Source: Chiloscyllium plagiosum
Taxonomy: Eukaryota
Direction: 5' to 3'
DNA length: 64,000 nucleotides
Assembly (NCBI RefSeq): GCF_004010195.1
Contig: NC_057754.1
Span: 7,405,428-7,469,427, forward strand
Made by a program: the position numbers and the translations under genes. The stretch's first letter is position 1; the number at the start of each line of letters is the position of its first letter. Shown here in pieces: positions 1-11,133 of this stretch. Below the pieces are notes generated by a model, which made no database searches, was not told where the DNA came from, and worked only from the letters and a program-made list of their open reading frames with translations.

Positions 1-378
1 GATACAATTCTATTTACCCCGGAGTAAATTACAATCTGGAATCTAATTGAGGAGTTCAGAGGCTTTATATATAGAATAACAGACAACCGGGAGTGAATAA
101 AGTCTGTAATCTAACTGAGGGGTTCAGGGTGTTTATATATAGGAGTAAAGTTTGGAATCTAATTGAGGGGTTTGGAATGGTTTGTATGTAGAATAACAGA
201 TACCTGGGAGTGAGTAACCTCTGGAATCTACTTGAGGGATTCTGTGTGGCTTTTATATAAAATAGCAAATATCTGAGAGTGATATACAGACTGGAATCTA
301 ATTGAGGAGTTTGGAGTGGTTTATATATAGAATAACAGATACCCAGGCTTAAATTACTGACTGGAATCATGTCGAGGT
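1..378. repeat. Degenerate tandem satellite, ~68-bp unit, ~5.5 copies (runs off window start)
   Basis: Motif CTGGAATCTAATTGAGG...TATATAGAATAACAGATACC recurs at ~36, 104, 152, 221, 290, 361. Confidence 0.8.
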
Positions 379-762
379 GCTTGGATTTAACTTTTTACAA
401 GTTCTTGGAAAGGAACAGCATGAAGACGTTCGGCCCTTGAGCTGATCCTATCATTCAGGTGGATTAGAGAGTGCAGAGATTAAATAGTCTTGAGGAATAA
501 ATATTGGGGCTGGACGATGGGGACATCCCTATCCCACTTGCAGTAGTTTCTGTGGGTCTTTTCTATCTAACCGAGCAGCCAGCTGAGGCTTTGTGTTGTC
601 TGGACAGTGGGTGCTGGGAGTGTGTATGGATTGTGTAAGTCAGGAGTTAACCCATGACTTACTGTCTTGGAGGCAAGACTGAGTGTAACAGGGCTGACGT
701 GCAGGATTGTGAAGGTGTGACATGTGGAGCTGCTGGGGTTGGGTGGTTTCGGGGTGGGGTCT

Positions 763-820
763 GGGGACTTTGCCATTGAAACTGAGGCATTTCCACCCCT
801 CTAACCGAACGGAAATCCCA
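763..820. promoter_or_regulatory. Cluster of NF-kB-like sites in presumed intron 1
   Basis: GGGGACTTTGCC 763-774, AGGCATTTCC 785-794, GGAAATCCC 811-819 (=GGGATTTCC on minus). Confidence 0.45.
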
Positions 821-935
821 GAGCCGTTTCTCTCACAGTCGCGTCACGCCCTCCTCCCCAAAACTATACACACACACACACACACACACCCCATGCCTCC
901 CTCACATCCTATGTCGACTCTAACCCAACCTTCTC

Positions 936-1568
936 ACATGTAGACAGCGTGGTAAAGAAGCACACATACCTTCATTGCTCAGACCACTGAGTATAGGAGT
1001 TGGGACGTCATTGTTGAGGTTGTATAGGAAGTTGGTGAGGCCTCTTCTGAAGAAGAGGCTAGAATCTTTTGCGTTGGAGCATAAGAGGTTGAAGGATGAC
1101 TTTATACAGGTTTATAAAATCATAAGGGGCATAAATTCATTCCTGATGAAGAGCGTGTGCTTGAAACAGACTCTCCTGTTCCTCGGATGCTGCCTGACCA
1201 GCTGTGCTTTTCCAGCACCACACCTTTTGACCATGAGGGGCATATATAAGATGAAGAGCCAAGCTCTTTTCCATAGGGTGGGGAAGTTCAAAACTAGGGG
1301 GCATATTTTTAAAGTGAGAGGATAAAGATTTAAAAGGGACCCGAGGGGCAATTTGTTTCACACAGAGGGTGGTTTGTATACGGAACGAACTGCCGAAGGA
1401 ACTGCAGGTATAGTTACATTTAAAAGACATTTGGATAAGTACTCGAATAGGAAATGTTTAGAGGGATATGGGCCAAACGCAGATGAGTGGAACTAGTTTA
1501 GTTTGGGAAACATAGCGTGGACGGGTTGGAGTGAAGGATCGGTTTCTGTGCTGTATGACACTGTGACC
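936..1568 (+). mobile_element. CR1 (HER1-like) LINE 3' fragment
   Basis: CR1 RT C-terminal peptides (LYRKLVRPLL, QVYKIIRG, KTRGHIFKVRG) plus typical 3' UTR. Confidence 0.85.
1134..1231 (+). mobile_element. PLE terminal fragment (family A) inserted in CR1
   Basis: CTGATGA...GAAAC then CTGCCTGACCAGCTGTGCTTTTCCAGCA, same as terminus of the RT-bearing PLE at 44368-44684; TSD CAT(A/G)AGGGGCATA 1121-1133/1232-1244. Confidence 0.75.
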
Positions 1569-1968
1569 TCTCAGACCTCCTCCCAACTTCCTCTCCTTCA
1601 AGGAGGACCCAGTTTCTCTAATCTATCCATGTCACTGAAATCCCTGCCATTCTTGTAAAACTCCTTGTATTCGCACCTTCCTTCCTAAACTCTGTTGTAG
1701 ATATTGGACACAACAAACACTCCAGGGCATTAGTTGGCCTGTTAGTCCATTGACCCTAAGTTGTGGTGTGGATTTTCACATTGAATGAGAGACCATTCCT
1801 GTCTTTGCTACAACTTCAAGTGCTGTACAGTACTGGCTAATGCCATGTTTATAAATTGACACAAAGACATTCCTTTTTTAAATCGGGGTTTATGGTAGCT
1901 GAATTTTCATTGGTCTCGTCGACGTAGGAGTATTGTGATGATCAGCTTGATGTATCGCACTCCCCTTT

Positions 1969-1985
1969 GGAAAGTCCCTATAAAA
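1969..1985 (+). promoter_or_regulatory. Perfect kappaB site immediately followed by TATA box
   Basis: GGAAAGTCCC (reverse complement of GGGACTTTCC) 1969-1978, TATAAAA 1979-1985. Confidence 0.55.
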
Positions 1986-2179
1986 CCCGGTGCACTAGCA
2001 CCAACACTGGTTTAGCTGTCTGTTTTGTTCAGAGCTGAAATTTAATGAGCTTAATAAACTGAGTACGTCGTGGTGATCATTTTGGTGTACCACGCTTCAC
2101 ATCAGAAAGCTTTCAGTAGAGGTCCAAAAAAAAACATGCCACTACCACTCACATGCATAGACAACTGCGACTCTGTCCC

Positions 2180-2570
2180 CCTTTCTCTCTCTCACACACA
2201 CATCTACACGGACTCTCTTTCTCACACATGCCTGTTTCCCCTCCCCTCAAATGCATGCACTCCCTCACTCTCTCTCAAACATACTCATGTGCACACCCGT
2301 TCACACACACATGCTTTGTCTCTCTCACACACACACACACACGGATAGACATGCACACATGCACTCTCTCTCCCTCACACCTGTGTGCACAAGTGTTTAT
2401 TCTCATATAGACTCTCTCACACGCTCCAACTCTCTCTCTCCCACGCAGATACACACACTCTCTCCCTCTCTCACATGCACATGCTCCCATCTCTCTCATC
2501 CCTTTGTCTCGCCTATGTGCACAAATGTTCACTCACATACCCATGCAGTGTCTCTCACACCTACACACAA
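2180..2570. repeat. CA/CT-rich low-complexity microsatellite field
   Basis: Interleaved (CA)n and (CT)n runs. Confidence 0.85.
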
Positions 2571-2654
2571 CTCCTCCATTTCTTTCAGATCTAGATTGAG
2601 TGTAAATGAAACCAGGGTGATGCGAGGAGAACCTTTTTTTCAATTAGTGAGTAA

Positions 2655-3240
2655 TCATTGAATCCCTGCAGTGTGGTGGCAGGCCATCAAGTCCATAGCA
2701 ACCCTCCCAAGTGCATGCTGCCCAGAGAGACCCCCGCCCCCCCGCAACCCTATTGCTGTAAGTCTGCATTTCCCATGGCTAACCTGCAAATCCCTGGGCA
2801 CTATGGGACAATTTAGCACGGCCAATCCACCCTAACCTGCACATCCCTGGGCACTATGGGACAATTTAGCACGGCCAATCCACCCTAACCTGCAAATCCC
2901 AGGGCACTATGGGACAATTTAGCACGGCCAATCCACCCTAACCTGCACATCCCTGGACACTATGGGACAATTTAGCACGGCCAATCCACCCTAACCTGCA
3001 CATCCCTGGGCACCATGGGACAATTTAGCACGGCCAATCCACCCTAACCTGCACACCCCTGGGCACTATGGGGTAATTTAGCACGGCCAATCCACCCTAA
3101 CCTGCACACCCCTGGGCACTATGGGACAATTTAGCACGGCCAATCCACCCTAACCTGCACATCCCTGGGCACTATGGGAGGAAACCAGAGCACCCAGAGG
3201 AAACTCTGGGAGAACATGCAAGCTCCACAGAGCAGGGTCA
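2655..3240 (-). mobile_element. HE1-type SINE with internal 53-bp tandem expansion (2781-3178, ~7.5 units)
   Basis: Unit AACCTGCACATCCCTGGGCACTATGGGACAATTTAGCACGGCCAATCCACCCT starts at 2781, 2834, 2887, 2940, 2993, 3046, 3099, 3152; flanks match HE1 copies elsewhere. Confidence 0.85.
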
Positions 3241-3244
3241 CTGG

Positions 3245-3480
3245 AGTTTGAAAACTCCACATTAGGGTCTGGGATGCACTGCCTGGAAATGTGGGAGAGA
3301 CAGGTTCAATGGAGGCATTCGAGAGGGGCATCAGATGATTATTGGATAGTAATGATGTGCAGGGGTATGGGGAGGAGGTGGGAGATTGGTGTGAATGGAT
3401 AGAACCGGACTAGATAACTGAGCTGGTGCAGCCACGATGGGCCGAATGGCCTCCTTCTGCACTTTAATAATTCTATAATT
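3245..3480 (+). mobile_element. Old CR1 3' end
   Basis: GGTCTGGGATGCACTGCC...GGGCCGAATGGCCTCCTTCTG CR1 tail. Confidence 0.65.
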
Positions 3481-3796
3481 GATGTCTGACTAGCATTTGA
3501 TGAAGATTTTTCCAGACTGTGTTCAGACCGTCTTAGTCTGTCTCTGTGGAAATAATTTGAGTGTGTGAGGATTCCTGACCCTTGGTATGCTATCCCAGGC
3601 TCCAGGTTTACACATCCAGCCCTTCTCTGTGTGAAGAGGATCCTTTTAGCTAATTGTCCCGGTGATGGGTTGAATTTCACGAACCCCACCTCCCAAAGTA
3701 GAGGGGTCAAACAATGGCAGACATTGGGAAAGGGGGAATTGGCTGTCCGCACTTCTGTTTGGCAGAAGGAGAATGGATTTCTACTGGAATCATGGA

Positions 3797-3947
3797 AGGG
3801 CATAGGGTTTAAGGTGAGAGGGGAAAGACTTAAAAGGGACTTGAGGGGCAACTTTTTCACGCAGAAGGTGGTGCGTGCATGGATCGAGCTGCCAGAGGAA
3901 GTGGTGAAGGCTGGTATGGTTACAACATTTTAAAAGGCATCTGGACA
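3797..3947 (+). mobile_element. CR1 fragment
   Basis: FKVRGERLKRDLRGNFFTQKVVRAWIELPEEVV. Confidence 0.8.
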
Positions 3948-4759
3948 GCAGGGTTCATGCTGTACGGCTGCATAAATGGGGAGAATTTCTGTAGCCTTAT
4001 CGGAGTGAGGGAGAATTTGGTGTGTGTGCTTTTGGGATGTGGGTGAAAAATGGAAATGGAAGTGGGTGACTGTCTCTGAATTGAGATCAGGATGGTGCTT
4101 CTAAATGAGGGCATGGGGGTATCAGTAAGAATGCACCTCCACTCTCCCTCTCTCAAGTAGCTCCCTACACCATCTACACTGGTTTCAGCACAACCTGAGT
4201 GACTCCATTCCCTTGTGCTTTTGGCTATATCACCAGGAAGAGAGCATCCCCCTGCCTGCCCTGCACCCCCACCCCCAACCCCCATTGGGAGCCATTTGGC
4301 CCATTTCACTTGCTCCTATACAGGCACATTGATGAATGATCCAGAGCCCCAGGCCAATACTTGATGGACAAGGGTTCGAATCTCATTGCAACAGCAGCAA
4401 GAATTTAAGTTCAGTGAATGCCTTATGGATTTACAAGTTGGCTCAGCATTGGCGACCACAACAGCTTGCCTTTATTATCATAAACACCCGCCTGATGGTA
4501 TTTTGGGAAGGAAGTGGGGACAAGCCAGGAAAACCAACATCCTATGAAAGAATTTTGTTTAAAAACCCCAGGGATTTTGCATTATTCTTGGTTTTGCATC
4601 TCCACTCGGTTGTGGGCAGTGTTCCAAGTGTCTGAAATTAGTCCCAGTCTTCGTTCCCCTTTTTCTTTGTTTGGACCTGTCTCCCTGATTTTCCTGAATG
4701 GGAAGTACCATTCCAGATCCAGCCCTCTCGCCCTCCCGTCCACCTTGCTCGCCAACCTT

Positions 4760-5525
4760 CCTCATCCTTGGTTCCTTGATTTCCCCCTTTCTGACTTTGT
4801 GACCTCCTCCAGCCTTAAAGCTCTCCAGGATTTCTGTATTTCTCTCAGCCCAGTTCTTCAGTATTCTGCCCTCGCTACCAATTCCCATCGCTTCACCATC
4901 AGCAGCCTGGGGGACCCCGAGGTCAGAGTTGCCTCCCTCAACCTCTCCACATCTCCTCCTCCTCCTTTTAGATTAGATTAGGTTACATTACAGTGTGGAA
5001 ACAGGCCCTTCGGCCCAACAAGTCTACACCGACCCGCCGAAGTGCAATCCACCCATACCCCTACATTTACCCCTTACCTAACACTACGGGCAATTTAGCA
5101 TGGCCAATTCACCTGACCTGCCAGTCTTTGGACTGTGGGAGGAAACCGACGCAGACACGGGGAGAACGTGCAATCTCCACACAGTCAGTCGCCTGAGTCG
5201 GGAATTGAACCCGGGTCTCGGGCGCTGCGAGGCAACAGTGCTAACCACTGTGCCACCGTGCCGCCCTTTATCCCCACATAAATCCCAAATCTCCATCTCT
5301 TTTCCAAATTGTCTCCCCTCCCCCCCCCAAATCCACCTTTCTCCCTTTGGTTTAACACTGATTTGTTTTAAAACTATGCGCTCTTTGACCGAGCGTTTGG
5401 TCACCTTTCCGTGATGTCATCCTGTGAATCTCGGAGGTCAATGGCTGTTTGATGTTCTCTCCTGTGAGGCGATCTGTGATGTTCTCCCAGTTTTAAAAGT
5501 GCCATATGAATACAGGGTTCTTGTT
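4760..5525 (+). mobile_element. Degraded L2-like LINE 3' end interrupted by HE1
   Basis: CCTCCCTCAACCTCTCC and CTCTTTGACCGAGCGTTTGGTCACC resemble recalled shark L2-type 3' ends; related antisense copy at 52765-53110. Confidence 0.5.
4968..5266 (-). mobile_element. HE1 SINE, near full length
   Basis: Minus strand GGCGGCACGGTGGCACAGTGGTTAGC tRNA-like head, B box GGGTTCAATTCCC, (AATCT)n tail. Confidence 0.92.
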
Positions 5526-5699
5526 GGAAACCTGAAGATCTGGTGGTCTTTTCACAGACACCCCTCCTGGATGGGGCAGGAGAGAGATTGGGGCAGAGAG
5601 ATTGGGTTAGCCCAAACATTGGAAATAGCCCCCTTACCCCGCGGTCAATGTTCTGATTCATGGCTCCAAGCGGAGAATGGCCAATCCCTGACATCGGGA

Positions 5700-5945
5700 G
5701 GCGGTGGGGGGATGGTCCCATCCTTGATTCCTGGAGAGAGAGTGGAGGATGGTTTGATACTTAACCCCTGAGGGGAAGGATGGTTTGACCTTTGACCCAG
5801 AGTAAGGGTTGAGTTACAGAGGATGGTTCTTGGCCTGGGGTAGGTGGAGGATGGTTTGATCCTTTGTCCCCAGAGAATGGGTGGTGGATGGTTTGATCCT
5901 TTGTCCCCAGAGAAGGGGTGGAGGATGGTTTGGAATGTGACCCAG
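5700..5945. repeat. Degenerate G-rich minisatellite (~39 bp), fading towards 6670
   Basis: Recurrent GGATGGTTTGATCCTTTGTCCCCAGAGAA. Confidence 0.65.
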
Positions 5946-6696
5946 GAAGTGGGCAGAGTGTGGGGGCAGGGCAAGGAATGTTACAATTTGTGAGATAGAG
6001 GGGGAAGAACAGTCCGATCCTTGACATGGGGTGCAGAGGGTGTCTCAGTTCCTGATGCAGGCATAGGATATACTCAAGCTCTCGAGCTTTGGGCTGGACA
6101 TTGTGGGATAGTCAAGTTCTTGATCGTGGTGGGGAGGGGGGTGGAGGTGGTCTGAAACTCCCAGGAGAGAGTAGGGAATGGTCTAATCCTGGAGCCCAGC
6201 GTTGGGGTTGGTTCCTATTCTGCACTCTGTGGGTGGGGGAATGGCCTAATTCTTGACCAGTGGGTGTGCAAAGGTCTGTTCTTGATTCAGCGTCCCCCTG
6301 ATGTTTGGAGGTGGCGAGGGGTGCAGTGAGAGGTGTCCAAACCCCTCACTCTGGGCTGACAGCAGGTCCAATCCTTCACCCTAAGTTGGGTTATGCTTAG
6401 CAGGGAGAAGAAGCCATGAGGAGAACCCAATCCCTCTTTGGAATCTCAGGATAACAGAGGATTCCAAATGAGGCCAAGGGGGGAGCGGGGACGTTGGAGA
6501 GAATGAGGACAGTTCTCGGTTTGGGTGCCACGAAGGATAGGGAGGCTGGCACCCGGGAACAAGGAGGGAGTGGGAGAGACTGGCAACAGACGCTGGCCTG
6601 GCGCGGGACAGGAGAGTCTTGGTGCCAGGTTGCTGGATGTCCCTCATGATGTGGGATGTCCTGATCCTTGACCCCCTCCATCTCTGTGTCTTCCAG

Positions 6697-6799
6697 GTTC
6701 CTCCATCTCTGCATCATTCACGAGGCTGAGGCCTTAGCCCTGGCATTCATTGACCAGTCACCGCTGGAGTATCTGAACTGGCAGAATGACCTCTTTCAG
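6697..6799 (+). CDS. NFKBIE: IkB-epsilon-like gene, first coding exon in window (exon 2 equivalent; ankyrin repeat 1)
   Basis: ttccag|G TTC CTC CAT...CAG|gtaggc; FLHLCIIHEAEALALAFIDQSPLEYLNWQNDLFQ; 103 nt, phase 2 to phase 0. Confidence 0.9.
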
Positions 6800-7329
6800 G
6801 TAGGCAGTGAGTGCTTCCCACGGAATGGGTGGTGGGCGGGGGTGGCTCTCCACGTGGGTGGGGGGCTGACTGAGACACTTGGTGATATGCCGGCATTTAG
6901 CTTGTGTCTGTCTGTGTCAAAGTATATAGCTGCCCAGTTTACTTCAAGAGCTGAAGAGGTGCCAAACACTAATTTGGTACACTGCACGATCCCATGATTG
7001 ATCTGCTGATGGGTGAAGGATAAACCCTACCATCACACCCAGGGGTCTACACGGCTCGTCTCCTGACTGTCCAGTAGGAACTCTCATCTTTATTTGAGTC
7101 ATCATTAAGCTACCCTCTGTCATCCAAACCCAAAAGCTCATGATCTTTCTTGTAAATCTGCCCCTCCTTGTTTTAAGTAAACATTTGTCTCCGCTTTCAG
7201 CAGAGTACAAGACCATCGTTTCACCATTATGTCTCTGTGGTACATTGATACATCATTCACCAAACAACATTGCCTCACGCTCTCATTCTACTATTCCCAA
7301 ACATGCTCTCGCTGCCACATTCCCCCTTC

Positions 7330-7434
7330 AGCCCTGTACCAATCCCCAAACTTATCCCATTGCCCCACTCTCCCCATAGCCCTGTACCAATCCCAAACTA
7401 ATCCCATTGCCCCACTCTCCCCGTAACCCTGGAT
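7330..7434. repeat. ~47-bp tandem repeat running into gap
   Basis: GCCCTGTACCAATCCC(C)AAACT(T)ATCCCATTGCCCCACTCTCCCC x2. Confidence 0.7.
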
Positions 7435-8036
7435 NNNNNNNNNNNNNNNNNNNNNNNNNNNNNNNNNNNNNNNNNNNNNNNNNNNNNNNNNNNNNNNNNN
7501 NNNNNNNNNNNNNNNNNNNNNNNNNNNNNNNNNNNNNNNNNNNNNNNNNNNNNNNNNNNNNNNNNNNNNNNNNNNNNNNNNNNNNNNNNNNNNNNNNNNN
7601 NNNNNNNNNNNNNNNNNNNNNNNNNNNNNNNNNNNNNNNNNNNNNNNNNNNNNNNNNNNNNNNNNNNNNNNNNNNNNNNNNNNNNNNNNNNNNNNNNNNN
7701 NNNNNNNNNNNNNNNNNNNNNNNNNNNNNNNNNNNNNNNNNNNNNNNNNNNNNNNNNNNNNNNNNNNNNNNNNNNNNNNNNNNNNNNNNNNNNNNNNNNN
7801 NNNNNNNNNNNNNNNNNNNNNNNNNNNNNNNNNNNNNNNNNNNNNNNNNNNNNNNNNNNNNNNNNNNNNNNNNNNNNNNNNNNNNNNNNNNNNNNNNNNN
7901 NNNNNNNNNNNNNNNNNNNNNNNNNNNNNNNNNNNNNNNNNNNNNNNNNNNNNNNNNNNNNNNNNNNNNNNNNNNNNNNNNNNNNNNNNNNNNNNNNNNN
8001 NNNNNNNNNNNNNNNNNNNNNNNNNNNNNNNNNNNN
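7435..8036. other. Assembly gap
   Basis: N run. Confidence 1.
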
Positions 8037-8237
8037 CTGTCGGAGGGTCAGTGCTGAGGGAGCGCCGGGCTGTCGGAGGGTCAGTGCTGAGGGGGTCAGT
8101 GCTGAGGGAGCGCCGCGCTGTCGGAGGGTCAGTGCTGAGGGAGCGCTGCGCTGTCGGAGGGTCAGTGCTGAAGGAGCGCCGCGCTGTCGGAGGGTCAGTG
8201 CTGAGGGAGCGCTGCGCTGTCGGAGGGTCAGTACTAA
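8037..8237. repeat. 33-bp GC-rich minisatellite
   Basis: GCTGTCGGAGGGTCAGTGCTGAGGGAGCGCCGC, ~6 units; explains the 11-aa repeats in the ORF track. Confidence 0.9.
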
Positions 8238-8692
8238 ACACAGCACTGAAAGAGGAGGCAGCAAGTTTAGAAAGGATTCAGAGACCGGGTAGGGGCTTCA
8301 TTCTGAACTCAATGCCAAGAGTGGCTGAGTGTGAAAAATTGAACTGGTGGCTGGAGGGAGGGAATGAGATTTCTGAGACGCAGGCACCAGTTTATGGTAA
8401 TGGATGGGGACTGATAATCCTCACTGGGAGACCTGCTCATGGGTGGGTTAAACTCACTCGTCAGAGGAAGGGGAAGTTGAGGGGTAACCCAAGATGGAAG
8501 AATAGCCGGTAACAAGATAGAACAGAATAGAAAACAGGAGAAACAAATCTGAGCATTTAGCATGCCTCAAATGATGTTTAAAAAGACAAGAGGCATTGTA
8601 CCTGAAAACACATAGCATTCATAACAAGATAGACACAAATAGAGGTAAATGAATATGATACAACTACCATTACAGAAACAAAGCTCAATGAT

Positions 8693-8760
8693 AGAACATA
8701 GAACATAGAAGAATACAGCGCAGTACAGGCCCTTTGGCCCTCGATGTTGCGCCGATCCAA
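8693..8760 (-). mobile_element. 68-bp CR1 tail flanked by 60-bp direct duplication
   Basis: AGAACATAGAACATAGAAGAATACAGCGCAGTACAGGCCC; flanks 8633-8692 and 8761-8820 differ at 1 base. Confidence 0.8.
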
Positions 8761-8984
8761 ACACAAATAGAGGTAAATGAATATGATACAACTACCATTA
8801 CAGAAACAAAGCTCAGTGATGACCAAGACAGGGACCTGTTGAAGGACATTCTACATTGAGCAATGTCAGACAAGTGGGGGGTGAAATTGTGCTGATGAAA
8901 AGGGATGGGAGTCGACATTAGTGAGGGAGGATCTCAGATCAAAAGCATAATGTGTGAAATCTGTTTGGGTGAAGCAATGTGCAC

Positions 8985-9183
8985 CCTTGGGTGCCGCTGG
9001 AGAGGCAGCACACAATGCTCACCGTCACAGTTGAGGCCTTTCGAGAGCAGTGGGCATCATCACCCCAGACCTCATTATGTTGATATTGTAAGTTTCTGTT
9101 TGGTCGTGAAAGTTTCCATTCACCATCCGTTTGCATTTTTGTTTGGGACTGTTTCGTCCGAACTTTCCTTTGGGGGGAAAAAA
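8985..9183 (+). mobile_element. Probable Tx1/L1-clade 3' fragment
   Basis: VPLERQHTMLTVTVEAFREQWA resembles recalled Tx1 ORF2 C-termini; T-rich UTR ending in A-run. Confidence 0.45.
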
Positions 9184-9307
9184 GAGATTAGCAAGGGGTA
9201 GCAGACATTGGTTGGGCTTATTTCCAGGCCACCCAGTAGCAGTGGCTGTGTTGGGGTATGGTATAAATCAGGAATAGAAACATATGTGTATAAAGAGCAA
9301 CAGTTAT

Positions 9308-9820
9308 CATAGTCATAGAGATGTACAGCATGGACACAGGCCCTTCGGTCCAACTCGTCCATACTGACCAGATATCCGAAATTAATCTAGTCCCAGCATT
9401 TGGCCCGTATCCCTCTAAACCCTTCCTAATCATGTCCCCATCCAGATGCCTTTTTAGAAGTTGTCATTGTACCAGCCTCTACCACTTCCTCTGGCAGCTC
9501 ATTCCACACACGCACCACCCTCTGCATGACAACGTCACCCCTCTCACCTTAAACCTTTCCCCTCTAGTTTTAGACGCCCCTGCCCTAGGAGAAAAGGCCT
9601 TGACTATTCACCCTATCCATGCTCCTCATGATCTTATAAACTTTTCTAAGGTCACCCCACAGCCTCCACCACTCCATAACCCCAGTCTATTCAGCCTCTG
9701 TCTGTAGCTCAGACCCTCCAACCCTGGCAACATCTTCGTAAATCTTTTCTGAGCCCTCTTAAGTTTAACAAAGTCTTTCCAATAGTAGGGAGACCAGAAT
9801 TAAATGCAGTTTTCCAAAAA
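9308..9820 (-). mobile_element. CR1 3' fragment
   Basis: CATAGTCATAGAGATGTACAGCATGG tail; antisense CR1 RT end. Confidence 0.85.
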
Positions 9821-10645
9821 TGGGTGACTTCAATCTGCATATAGGTTGGGTAAACGAATTGAACAGTAACGGTGTGCAGAAATAGTTTCTGGAGTGACTG
9901 AGGGATGATTTGCTAGAGCAGTATGTCAAGGAACCAATTAAATTACAAGCTATTTTGGTTCTAGTGTTATGTACATAGAAAGGGCTAATTCACAATTGGG
10001 ATGAGTAACCACAATGTGATTAAAATTTTACATTATGTTTGGAAATTAGGTAGTTCAGTTTGAATGAAGGGGGATCATGAGGGCATGAGTCATAAATCGG
10101 CCAAGCTAGATTGGGAAAAATATATTAAAAGGCATGACTATATGTAAGTGACTGATTAGTCTTTTAGGAACTATCAGATGCCTTGCATCTTCATGACATT
10201 TCTTCAAGTTGTGAAATTCACAAAAGGTCAATCAACTGTGGTTGACAAAGGAAGTTAAGGATTGTATAAGATGAAAAGGAAGGCCTTATACGGTGTCCAG
10301 AAGCAGTAATAACGCGGAGGACGGAGAGGTTCTTAGAATGCAGCAAAGGAGGATCAAGAAACCGATAAAGAAAGGAAGAATGACAAATACAATCTGGCAA
10401 AAAAATTAAAAATGGACTGTGAAAGCTTCTACAGTATGTAAAAAGGAAATGTGGAATCAGGAGAATTTATAATGGGGCAATCAAGAAACGGCAGAGGATA
10501 CAAGAAATCTCCCAGAATTCAAGATCCAAATGACTAGAGAGAATGAGTTGAAAGAAATGAGTATTAGTAGGAAGGTAGTACTTAGGGAAATTAATGGGAC
10601 TGAAAGTTGACCAGCTCCTCGCACCTGATGGCCTACATTCCAGAG

Positions 10646-11133
10646 CCAAAAGTGTGGCGCTGGAAAAACACAGCTGGTCAGGCAATATCCGAGAGCAGGA
10701 GAGTCGACGTTTTGGGCACAAGCTCTTCTTCAGGCATGTGGGGGAGGCTCGAGGGGGTTTGGGAGATAAATGGGAGGGGCTGGGGCTGGGGTGAAGGTAG
10801 CTTGGAAGGCAATAGGTTGATGAAGGTGGGGGTGATGACGATAGGTCAGAGTGGAGGGTTCAGTGGATAGGTGGAAAGAAAAATGGACAGGTAGGACAGC
10901 TCAAGAGGGTGGTGCGAAGTTGGAGGGTTGGATCTGAGATAAGATGCCAAGCCCACCTCCCCCTCCCATTTATCTCTCAGCCCCTTGGGGGTCTCCCCAT
11001 ATTTCTGATGAAGGGCTAATGCCCAAAACGTCGACTCTCCTGCTCCTCGGATGCTGCCTGACCTGTTGTGCTTTTCCAGCACCACGCTTTTTGACTCTGA
11101 TCTCTAGCATCTGCAGTCCTCACTTTCTCCTCC
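10646..11133. mobile_element. Fold-back PLE terminal element (family A)
   Basis: Minus arm 10646-~10940 and plus arm ~10950-11133 are inverted copies, each with a decayed hammerhead core. Confidence 0.75.

Noticed and set aside
505..535. GAC GAT GGG GAC (DDGD) as end of IkB exon 1
   Set aside because: No GT donor after it, in-frame stop just upstream, no DSGxxS degron
2781..3178. CRISPR-like regular array
   Set aside because: No unique spacers; a pure tandem repeat inside a eukaryotic SINE
7291..8512. Long ORFs around the first gap (also at 30573-31151 and 43403-44506)
   Set aside because: Artefacts of N runs and the 33-bp repeat
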